From Ruditapes philippinarum (lineage: Eukaryota), in the NCBI RefSeq assembly GCF_026571515.1, contig NW_026862146.1:124001-188000 (forward strand): a stretch of 64,000 nt of DNA, in the 5' to 3' direction. This document shows, piece after piece, positions 14,821 to 26,501 of the stretch. Position 1 is the first letter of the stretch. Every line of letters starts with the position of its first letter. Below the pieces are notes generated by a model, which was given only the letters and a program-made list of their open reading frames with translations, was not told the DNA's origin and did not search any database. A program made the translations under genes and the position numbers.

Positions 14821-16858
14821 TAGCTTATTTATTTTGATATGTAACATTTTTTCTGTGATGGTTTTACTGATATATGACTATAAAGTCAACAATGGTGTTG
14901 CAAACCCTGCTGACACTGTTGTTAACTTGCAACGCCAACTTAATACTATGAAGTTGTTATGTGACAATGTCGGCATGAGTGTCAATTTAGGACAGTAGAA
15001 ATTTGGGGACCCAAAAATTAACACTACATCAGTTTATAAATATATGGGTCTGCTGTTCACCTCTTAATTGTCGTGGCAAAAGCAAAGTAAAAGTTAAAGT
15101 CGCAAGCAACAAAATCTGTCTGTTGTTTTTGAGCGTATCAAAGACAATTCGGATATTTTGATTATTTAGAATGTTTTAAGGGTTTTGATTAAATGGTTAA
15201 ACCTATACTATTGAACGGATCAGAGATATGGGGATACAAATATTCTGATATTATAGAGAGAGTTCAAGTAAAAAAAAAGCAGTTTTTGGGGTATTAATAA
15301 AACGACAATGATTTAGCGCTAGGCGAATGCTGTCGTTTACCATTACATGTTGATTATGTTACTTAGATTTGTAAAATATTGGTGTAATTTACTGCAAATG
15401 CAGAATCATACATATCATAGAAACTGTTATCTGATGCTTAAAATCTTTGATGACGTTAAAAGAAGAAACATGGGCATCCGAGATTCGAGAAACTCTTTTT
15501 CAAGTTTGGTTTTGGATTTGTATGGTTATCCCAAGATGTCTTAACACTAGACTGCTATAGCTTATTTATTTTGATATGTAACATTTTTTCTGTGATGGTT
15601 TTACTGATATATGACTATAAAGTCAACAATGGTGTTGCAAACCCTGCTGACACTGTTGTTAACTTGCAACGCCAACTTAATACTATGAAGTTGTTATGTG
15701 ACAATGTCGGCATGAGTGTCAATTTAGGACAGTAGAAATTTGGGGACCCAAAAATTAACACTACATCAATTTATAAATATATGGGTCTGCTGTTCACCTC
15801 TTAATTGTCGTGGCAAAAGCAAAGTAAAAGTTAAAGTCGCAAGCAACAAAATCTGTCTGTTGTTTTTGAGGGTATCAAAGACAATTCGGATATTTTGATT
15901 ATTTAGAATGTTTTAAGGTTTTTGATTCAATGGTTAAACCTATACTATTGAACGGATCAGAGATATGGGGATACAAATATTCTGATATTATAGAGAGAGT
16001 TCAAGTAAAAAAGCAGTTTTTGGGTATTAATAAAACGACAATGATTTAGCGCTAGGCGAATGCTGTCGTTTACCATTACATGTTGATTATGTTACTAGAT
16101 TTGTAAAATATTGGTGTAATTTACTGCAAATGCAGAATCATACATATCATAGAAACTGTTATCTGATGCTTAAAATCTTTGATGACGTTAAAAGAAGAAC
16201 ATGGGCATCCGAGATTCGAGAAACTCTTTTCAAGTTTGGTTTTGGATTTGTATGGTTATCCCAAGATGTGGATGATATCACCATGTTTATAAGTAAATTT
16301 AAACAGCGAGTATCTGATTGTCTTACACTAGACTGGCATAATAGCATTAATAACACTTCTAGATGTAGTCATCATAAAGAGTTTAAATCCTTGTTAGATG
16401 TAGAGGTTTACTTAAAATTGGATGTCACATTTTATCTACATAAAAATTTTGCCATATTTCAGGTGTTCGAGTCATAAACTGGGTATCGAACTTGGTAGAC
16501 ATATTTAGATACCCAGAGATGAAAGACTATGTACCCATTGTCTTGAGTATCAGATAGCAGTGGTAGAGGATGAAATCCATGTATTTTGTGAGTGTAAAAA
16601 GTATTCACAGGCAAGAGATTGATATCTGGGTAATATGTTGCATAATACATTAGATGTTTGTTTACAAATAACAAACGAGAATTCTTAAATATATGAAGGT
16701 TTATTCATACAATAGTAAAATGAATTATTCTTGCTTTTCACTATATAAAACTTTTCTAAAATTATTTGGTGCAGCTCTATAACATTGACAATTACTGGTA
16801 TTGTAAATGTATTATGGGCCTTCCTATACAAAATAAAAAGTTGTTATTGTTATTGTTA
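14821..16858 (+). mobile_element. Degenerate LINE (RT end to 3' tail) with an internal ~737-bp tandem duplication
   Basis: YKYMGL, MVKPILL.GSEIWG, WASEIRETLFKFGFGFVW, GIELGR, VEDEIH motifs with frameshifts; AATAAA plus (TTATTG)n tail. 14821-15553 is repeated from 15558. Confidence 0.85.
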
Positions 16859-17595
16859 AAAAAATCAGAGGGTTAGAATTTGCAATTATGCTAAAGAAAA
16901 TCTTCAAAGAGTAAATATTATAGTACACCGTTAATTTCAAACATGAATCAAAGTTTTAAAAAAATCCTCGGCGAGTAAATAGTAAAACTCTAGGTACCAA
17001 TGCAAAGCACATCAAACTTTTGCTTCCCGTTTTATCTCACTCAATCAAAACATTATTTACTACAACATCACATTATATAAGAAACATGATTTTACATATA
17101 AGTTCCAGGAAAAATACGAAATTCCTTTATATTAAAACAATATACCAATTCTTTTAAAATTAATGTAAAACATGTAGTGTATGTTCATAAGAAAGAGACA
17201 GCTTGTCTGCACGTGTTTATGGGCTATGTAAATCACTATTCAAACTACAAGAATTTACAGTATTTAGATGAAGCATACATATAAGGTAAGACGAATTAAG
17301 TAAGACTAAGTTGCGACAGACCATTTGACCGTTCCCTAGTGCAAATCTTATAAACTAGCTCTTGAAAAATAACTATAAAATATCCAATGACAAACATTCG
17401 TCATTGGTCGTCTATGAAAATCACTTGTGACAGTGGTAGAAAGTTTAGTGAGTATAAAAGCATTGTAGTGTGTGTTTTTCAAGTGTTTGATTTACATGTC
17501 AACCAGGCTGATTGTTCTAGAAGTAGTGACAAAAGTCAGTGAGTGCTGAACGTGACAAAACAACAATATCACTTATAGTAGTGAACATGTGATAA

Positions 17596-17980
17596 ATCAC
17601 AGACAATACAAACGCTGAACGGATCATACAATCACCTATTGACAGTGCACGTGGTTAATCACAGACAACACAAACACTGAACGGATCATACAACACAAAC
17701 GTTGAACGGATCATACAACACAAACGCTGAACGGATCATACAACACAAAACGCTGAACGGATCATACAACACAAACGCTGAACGGATCATACAACACAAA
17801 CGCTGAACGGATCATACAACACAAACGCTGAACGGATCATACAACAAACACGCTGAACGGATCATACAACACAAACTCTGAACGGATCAAACAATCACCT
17901 ATTGTCAGTGCACGTGATTAATCACAGACAACACTAACGCTGAACGGATCATAAAATCACCTATTGACAGTGCACGTGGT
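17596..17980. repeat. Compound minisatellite (25-bp unit inside a ~60-bp unit)
   Basis: acaacacaaacgctgaacggatcat repeated about 9 times, flanked by longer units ending aatcacctattgacagtgcacgtg. Confidence 0.95.
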
Positions 17981-19068
17981 ATCAATATTATAAACTAACT
18001 AAAATATTACAAGAATGACAGAGAATGTGTCTGGGATTTGCGGAATATAAAAGGGCTGAGATGGCAAGTTTGACCAGTACTTTTTCAATTATCAGTGACA
18101 ATGAAATCGTCAGACTGTGACTAACGAACAAAAATTGCACTGTAATAATACAACTAGAAACAATTTATAGCATCAACTTCGATATTTTTGTGACCTCAGC
18201 ATAGATTTTGATGTAATTACAGATCTTAGAAACATAGTTCCAGTATGTATAATTCAGTAATATGTCTAATGGTTAAACGATGTTTATTTGAAATACTGGA
18301 ATTACATATCTTGTTTTTAGGTGAATAGTTCATAGATAAAATCGTTTCAGTTACTTATGCCTTGAATTAAGCTCTATTTTTGTATGTTTGTTTATTTTGG
18401 GCGGTGAAATAATGCAATTTTATATCGAGAGCAAAATAATCTGTAGGGAAAATTATGGTGAGATATGGAAAATGTTCACTAAAAAGAGCTTTCTGAAAGT
18501 TCTTTAAAATACATTTTGGTCTTAAGCCTTAGAGAAAATATAGAAGCTTGCCCTTTAAATGGCTGAATCGAGAATTAAACTGTAAATCAACGTCAACAAC
18601 AAATGTTCGGTGAATTGGTCAAAGTATAAGTTCTATATATGGCTTCTGGAAACCTGTGATGGGGGATGCGTTTGTTGAATGCCGCCCGTCCTTCTTGATC
18701 TTGTTTTTCATATATAATTGTGTTACAAGATGTCCCTAAATTTATAGACATATTTTACAAGTGTAAATCATAAACTGTTCATCAGAGAGATGAATATTCA
18801 TAGGGTATTAAAGTGTGACGAGACAGAATATAATGCTGAATTTGTAGATCATAGATGGCGCTGTAACATTGTACAGACTTCGTGACTATGTCTCGTTAAC
18901 CACTTAACAAAAAGGTGACGATTACTCGCCTCTAATTACAACTTTACACATAATATGACTTCTATCATCAGGACTGAGGTCATGGTGGCATTTGGTATGT
19001 CTTGGAAAGTACACAGTCACACGAATAATTGAATGGTCATTATATCTACTAGTAGTTAATGCTGAAAT

Positions 19069-19303
19069 GAGCCGCGTCATGACAAAACCAACATAGTGGG
19101 TTTGCGACCAGCATGGATCCAGACCAGCCTGCGCATTCGCGCAGTCTGATCAGGATCCATGCTGTTCGCTATCAGTTTCTCTACTTGTAATAGGGTTGGT
19201 AAGCGAACAGCATGGATCCTGATCAGACTGCGCGGATGCGCAGGCTGGTCTGGATCCATGCTGGTCGCAAACGCATTACGTTGGTTTTGTCATGACACGG
19301 CTC
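19069..19303. mobile_element. Palindromic MITE (GAG...CTC termini, Sola-like)
   Basis: Long TIRs gagccgcgtcatgacaaaaccaac / gttggttttgtcatgacacggctc, with an internal hairpin in each arm; flanks aaat/atat. Confidence 0.85.
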
Positions 19304-19687
19304 ATATCTATTCATGCATAATATCTACTCGGATGAGATGAATTTGACCATTAATGTTGTTTAATACTCGATTATTTGATATTAAAAGTCATACGAAATT
19401 AGCCGATTGTCTCTAAGTTTATAAAATATTCATAACCTTTATTATCTTAACTGTTTGTATTTTTTGTTTGCTTGTTTTTCAACTGTCTCTGAAAAAAATA
19501 CCAATAATATAATTATAGTGCCAGTTTCCACTATGACGCCAGACTGCCCACTGACTATGATCATGTTATAAAATGTACATTTTTTTATGATAAAACTAGC
19601 ACCCATACTAATTACTTAAACTTTAAATGCTAAGGTGTTACTTACGTCAACAATTTGTTTACCATCTCGTAAAAACTACTTAATAAT

Positions 19688-20530
19688 AACTAGAAATGTG
19701 TCCACAGATGCCCCCACACACCACTGTTCTGTCAATCTTATGACTCTAGGTCAAATATTTTTTGGACTACATGTGCCACAAGTTGAAACTAAAAATCAAC
19801 GAAGGGCCACAATTCTGTTAAATTTGGTCGCAGCGAGAATTCCTTCCTTTACTACCATCTATACACATTAAGGTCGTTCATTCCTTTGAAGTTTAAGCAA
19901 AATCTGCCATCCAGTTTAAGAGGAGTTGCGTTCACAAAATTTCTACATAGTATATAGTGAAAAAATCAACAAAGAGCCATAATTCTGTTTAATTTGGTCG
20001 CAGCGAAAATTCCTTTCTTTACTACCATCTACACATTAAGGTTGTTCATCCCTGGAAGTTTAAGCAAAATCTGCCATCCGGTTTAAGAGGAGTTGCGTTC
20101 ACAAAATTTTTACATAGTATATAGTGAAAAAATCAACAAAGGGCCATAATTCTGTTAAATTTGGTCGCAGCGAAAATTCCTTCCTTTACTACCATCTACA
20201 CATTAATGTTGTTCATCCCTGTAAGTTTAAGCAAAATCTGCCATCCGGTTTAAGAGGAGTTGCGTTCACAAGATTTCGGGACGTGCAGACAGATGGACGG
20301 ACAGACAGACGGAAGGAAGTTCCAACATTTTGGCTCTAGGGGCTATTTTCTTTGTTATTTTCTTTGTTTTCTTAGGGGCTACTAGCCCCTAAACCCTTTG
20401 ATCACGGAAAGAACCTATTGTTCCCTTTACTATTATATAGCTCCTAAACCCAAAATGTTTGCTCGGACAGACGTACGGACGGACGGACAAGTGCAACGCT
20501 ATATGCCCACACATTGTGGGGGCATAAAAA
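19688..20530 (+). mobile_element. Satellite-carrying non-autonomous element (Pearl/DTC84/Helentron-associated type)
   Basis: aactagaaatgtgtcc start, ~167-bp tandem units, (GGAC/AGAC)n microsatellite, terminal palindrome atgcccacacattgtgggggcat, A-run. Confidence 0.8.
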
Positions 20531-20624
20531 GGTTATTTTCCACGCTGATTCTGTGAAACAAACTTGTCATCATTTAAATATTTGATCAAAGAGTAGTATT
20601 TGGTAAGTGCAGACTCCAAAAATT

Positions 20625-21997
20625 GAAACATAGGCAGCTGACAGTGTCAAGTCCATGAAACATGGGCAGCTGACAGTGTCAAGTCCATGAAACATGGGCA
20701 GCTGGTTGTGTTAAACTGACAGTGTAAAGTCCATGAAACATGGGCAGCTGACAGTGTAAGTCCATGAAACATGGGCAGCTGACAGTGTAAGTCCATGAAA
20801 CATGGGCAGCTGGCTGTGTTAAACTGTCATTGTAAAGTCCATGAAACATAGATAGCTGACAGTGTTGAGTCAATAAAACATGGGAAATTGACAGTGTAAA
20901 GTTTATGAAACATGGGCAGCTGACAGTGTAAGTCCATGAAACATGGGCAGCTGGTTGTGTTAAACTGTCATTGTAAAGTCCATGAAACATAGATAGCTGA
21001 CAGTGTTGAGTCAATGAAACATGGGAAACTGACAGTGTAAAGTCTATGAAACATGGGCAGCTGACAGTGTAAGTCCATGAAACATGGGCAGCTGGTTGTG
21101 TTAAACTGTCATTGTAAAGTCCATGAAACATAGATAGCTGACAGTGTTGAGTCAATGAAACATGGGAAACTGACAGTGTAAAGTCTATGAAACATGGGCA
21201 GCTGACAGAAATCACATGAAACACGGGCAGCTGACAGTGTAAGGACATGAAACAATGGCAACTGACATAAATCCATAAAACATGGGCAACTGATATTAAG
21301 TCAATGAAACACGGGCAGTGTATGACAGCGTAAAGGCCATAAAACAATGAAGCATCGCAAGCAGACAGTGAAAAGGCCATGAGACATGGTCAGCAACTGA
21401 CAGTGTAAATGCCATGAAACATGGGCAGTTGACAGTGTAAAATCCATGAAACGTGGGCAGGCCATGAAACATGGGCAGCTGACAGTGTAAATTCTATGAC
21501 ACATGGGCAGCTGACAGTGTAAAGGTCATGAAACACGGGTAGCTGACAGTATAAAGGCCATGCAACATGGTCAGCTGACAGTGTAAAGGCCATGAAACAT
21601 GGGCAGCTGACAGTGTAAAGTCTATGAAACACGGCAGCTGACAGTGAAAAGTCCATGAAACATGGGCAACTGGAAGTGTAAAGGCCATGAAACATGGGCA
21701 GCTGACATTGTAAATTCTATGAAACATAGGCATCTTCCAGTGTAAAGTCCATGATGGCAGTGTAAAGGCTGTGAAACACGGGCTACTGACAGTGTAAAAA
21801 GGGCCGTGAAACATGGGCAGGTGACAGTGTAAAGACATGAAACGTTGGCAGCTGACAGTGAAAATGCCATGAAGAACGGGCAGCTGACAGTGTTAATGTC
21901 ATGAAAAAAGGCAGCTGACAGTGTAAAGTCCATGAAATATGGACAGATGACAATGTTAAGTCCATGAAACATGGGCAGCTGACAGAGTAAAGTCCAA
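20625..21997. repeat. ~31-bp minisatellite with 141-bp higher-order repeat
   Basis: Unit gtccatgaaacatgggcagctgacagtgtaaa, more than 40 copies; a variant block recurs at 20809, 20950 and 21091. Confidence 0.95.
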
Positions 21998-23852
21998 TTA
22001 AGTTACACAGATAGAAGCAGACTTTGATGATACCTGATGACAGTTAACAACTATAATTAAAGTATGCCAAATAATATATCAATATTATTCAGATGCGGCG
22101 TCTACAGGAAATATAGATATTTTATGACCATTATTATTCTATAAATCTATGGAACTTAACTGTAATATTAGATTAAATACATTTCGTAAAAAACTCAGTA
22201 TGCTGAAATTGATTAATGTTTTTTGTAATGTAGTGAATCGAAACCAAAATTAAGTTCATTAACTATAAGCGAATGTATAATTATATGATATATTAATCTA
22301 AATTGCCTTATTAAGTGGTTGGTTTCATTTTACCTACAAGTTTGTCAGAAGTTTATATATTCACTCTTGTGATATGTTCTTTTAAGATAGAGTAATATCG
22401 TTGTGATAAATGTAATTATAAATGTAACGCAATAATGAGTCAATTAAACAGGATTTCTATAAGTCAATGCAGCTGTTTCCGCTTTGTGATTACAAATGTG
22501 ACACAGAAGTTATATTCAAGCGAGCTGGCGTCTGAATACAAATGCAAGATGCATAAGTGCACTATGAACGAAGTATCATGGTTACAATTTTTATTCCTGG
22601 GTCGGGAGTGCAAAGCTTTCAGACGTAACCCCCGGAACAACCCATATGTTTCGAATGTAATAAAGTTCTATGAATGTGCATGGTTTTCAGGGATAGCTAG
22701 TGAAGTTTACAAATCTTAAAGTTGATGATTTACCTAAGGTTTACAATGATATGTTCTTGTATTATAAATATATGAAAATTATGACGAAACAAGTTAATTT
22801 ATTCTTTGCATAATGGCTAAAATAGTTACTTTGCGGAAAAATGCAATACTTCAATTAACAGGTGAAATATTGAAGTTTCATTAAAGACAAGATACTCGTT
22901 ATCAAGCAAATATATTGGATAGTTTGGGGAAGATGTTTTATATTAGTTGAAGAGAGAAATGTTGTAATAATGTAACATTTATTGTAAAGATATAGTATGC
23001 ATTAACATGCTGATAAATATTGAGATTTCTACACATGTCGATACCAGACTAATTGCCTTGTAATGTATAGAACTTAATACATCTAGTTAACTAATGAATT
23101 CAAGAAACACGTTCATTGTAGATAACATCACATTTTATTATTGTTGTTTATTACACTCTATAATTATGATGCTTGTACTGTTTAAAATTGTTATCAGATT
23201 AAAATAATTACATCTATACACGCACATATAATAAAAGCATCTTTAAAATCTTTAAAAAAAAATACATGTACGTAACTTATAAATTACGTGTATAGAAAGT
23301 TCTAAAAATATGTTCAGGATAATGTATACATGTGTTGAAATTTCAAAGGGGTTTGTATGCATTCATTATAAAACTATATATATAAATAAACACCAAACGA
23401 ATCCCAGAAAAGGGAAAATATGTAAAAATATACTGGTATCAACTGAGCTTTTTTCATTTTAATATTAAAGTTTCCATGATCACTATGAAAGGAAGATAGT
23501 CATAAGAGGTAAATTCGGCCAGGATACATATAGCAAGTTAACTAGAGTAAATGAAAAAAAAAACTATTTAAAAATTGTCTAGTCACTAGAAGAACATAAA
23601 TTCAATACATTTTACTCACATATCAGTAGCTTCCTCAACATGTATATATTCAGTAAAATACACTGATACCTTTGCACAACCAAACCTACAAACACAATCT
23701 TTACCCTAGGTACTGGTTAGCAGGAAATACATTTCTTCACAGATTCCTGTATTTTAATTATTTTTATCCGCAAGATTCCATCTAATTATCTATATCAGAA
23801 TGTAACGTTGATAACGAGTAATGCAGTATGAACATTGATTTTCTGGCCTTTT

Positions 23853-23883
23853 TTCTCTCTCTCTCTCTTCTCTCTCCCTCTCT
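23853..23883. repeat. (TC)n microsatellite
   Basis: Imperfect tc run. Confidence 0.8.
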
Positions 23884-25368
23884 TTACCCAAGGCGACTAT
23901 TGATCTTGTACACAGTATTGGCATGTTCTAAACACAAGAACAACACTCGAGTTAAGAGGTTATGCAGCCTGTTCTGTTTACACAATGTGTGTCAGTAGGA
24001 AAAAAGGTTAGAAATAAACACCAGCCTCTGTAAATCAACACATTTTCCCCTCCTCTTTTCTTCCTGATAAGAAGAGATTGTACTTAAAGAGAACATATGT
24101 GTGCCTGTTTTATACCGGATAAAGATCGCTGATATATAGGTTATGTTTAAACAAATCTGTTTTATAAGCAAAATCATTATCAATCTTTCTGCAATCTAGT
24201 TATGCAGTAATAACTGTTTATATAGCATAGGTTGATTACCATGGCAATATTTTCCTATTAACAGGAAAATACAGTTGGGATTGAATCGATTCCCCCATCA
24301 ACATCATATGAAACCAATATTGTTATTTTTTTCAGTCAATATTCACTGCTTTCCTGTATATATTATGAACATTACTTCAACAGAGAAAGAAAACGCATAT
24401 TTACATGTACCCTATCATTATCAATATATAAGAACATGACTGTTTCCAGTCCTTTGAAAACCACCTACCGTATAGGAATCTAAATTAACTCCAAAATGCT
24501 CAAGTCACAGAGCATTCACGGGATTTAACCCGGATAATTCCATTCATACACATATGCCATAGAACCTGTGTCGCGTCATTTTCAAAATCTTTAATAGCAG
24601 TAATATATTCCTATAATAATTAAACACTCCCAATTCTAGCCATTTCTCACAAATATTAATAGGTTATATTATCAATTTATATATTCGTTTCTATAGGGAA
24701 TGGAAGTTGTGCATAAATCATACTCGTTTCCAGAACGAGGCTACAGCAGGCGATCAATCGTCAGGCTCTTGCAGACGATTGGAAATTTATTCAGATTTGG
24801 AGTATAATATTGTTGGCGCAGTTCGATCGAAGTCGCTGGTATTTTCTATGTGACAATGTCAATGAATTTTAGCTCATAGTACATTGATATTCGAACAAAT
24901 AAAGAGTTCGCCCGCGATAAATGATCTGAAAATTACATAGTTTATATTACTATGGAAACCAAACAAAATACAGAACAAATGGAAATAAAATAGCACGTAC
25001 TAAATTAATAATTTGCTGCATGTATCGGGGACATCTCTAGGTGCTTAAGATATTCATTATTGCAATTGTCTTGATTGAAGAAAAGTTGATTCCTGTATAG
25101 TTTTTATACATGCATATTAAGTTTTGTCTGTTAAATAAAATTAATGATATAATCACTGAAAGTATATAATATTTGTTTTTCATAAATATGAACAATAATA
25201 AAGTAACATAACTATAAGAATTCATTTTTAATGACAATATAAAATTTAGCAAATTAGTTCTCGAGATTATACACGTACATGTATAGTAATACTAAAAATA
25301 TTTATCCAAACGTGTAAACCGGGGGTTGTTTTTTATGTATTTATTTATGTCTTATCTAATTATTTACT

Positions 25369-25519
25369 NNNNNNNNNNNNNNNNNNNNNNNNNNNNNNNN
25401 NNNNNNNNNNNNNNNNNNNNNNNNNNNNNNNNNNNNNNNNNNNNNNNNNNNNNNNNNNNNNNNNNNNNNNNNNNNNNNNNNNNNNNNNNNNNNNNNNNNN
25501 NNNNNNNNNNNNNNNNNNN
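25369..25519. other. Assembly gap (151 N)
   Basis: Run of n. Confidence 1.
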
Positions 25520-26315
25520 TTTTTCCAGTTAAAAGTATCTCAGTGAGATTACAATGCGAGTAAGGCATCCATTATACATATGGATATTAGTATCTGATAC
25601 TAAAAAAAATCAAGAAATCAATTCAAAAATGTAATTATAGTCACTTCAATATTAAATTTCGCGAGTTTAGGAACGAGTGTCAGATAGAGCAATAGAAAGC
25701 ACAGTAGGATCTAGGATTTTAATTGTTTATGTGACAAGTCAGGTACGAGGTTGTAGAGTTGTCTTAGCAGGTACCAGAGCGACCAAATAAGGCGTTCTTG
25801 TGGTTATCTATCTCCTTGTGATAGGCGCAGAATGAATTCCTGATCGCAGCATGAAATATAACAAATATAGGTGTAAATAAAACAATACGATTGTTTCAAG
25901 TATAACAAATTTGTAATATTTTTCCAGACTTAATCAGCCACATGGTATTGTATCATAGCATGTAGTGTAACATTAAAATCTGTGAACTTATCAATTACGA
26001 ATGTGAGATGTTTCGATATACCATGCAAATATTATAGCTTGTCACAGCATCATACCTACCTATTTGACACACTGGTGTTATTTCTCTAATTTTAACATGT
26101 ACACATGATGTGGAAATTTGTTTATGAAAGCTTTATCTTTATAATGATTAGTTAAATAGTTTCCCGATATTCATTATATGTAAATAGCCGAAAGCTATAT
26201 ATTGACTCGCAGCACATGTGGCCAGTTTTTTCTGCAACATTTAACATATTAAATAATTGATAACATTTGTTTTTAATATGTACAAATGTACTTTAAACAG
26301 ATATCGATGATTTAC

Positions 26316-26501
26316 CGTTTTTGATCGTCTGCCCTCCAGACGGAGATACCGAGCACGTGCCAGTCATCCGGGTACGAGCCACTGATCAGCACGGTACCAA
26401 TCTTCTCATAATGCACCGTTAGAGATTTGGCATCACCTATGTCGGTCCTACTCAAGAACGTTTTACTGATGACCTCATTCCGTAGATGTAGCTCATTTTT
26501 A
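26316..26501 (-). CDS. Lipase exon 8 (PLAT domain)
   Basis: KNELHLRNEVISKTFLSRTDIGDAKSLTVHYEK...DDWHVLGISVWRADDQKR, open frame with AG/GT boundaries. Confidence 0.78.

Noticed and set aside
17596-17980. 25-bp repeats as a CRISPR array
   Set aside because: Head-to-tail units with no variable spacers.
19077-19341. ORFs [19 protein letters not shown]... (also 48465-48728)
   Set aside because: Translations of a palindromic MITE.
20679-21972. Cys/His-rich ORFs as a metal-binding or structural protein
   Set aside because: Overlapping ORFs in several frames are translations of one 31-bp minisatellite.
22435-22719. 94-aa plus-strand ORF as a small gene
   Set aside because: No recognisable motif, signal peptide or supporting splice context.
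24720-24930. Minus-strand exon-like island as the last lipase exon
   Set aside because: Stops in the frames examined, no PLAT-like residues, and it lies across an assembly gap.
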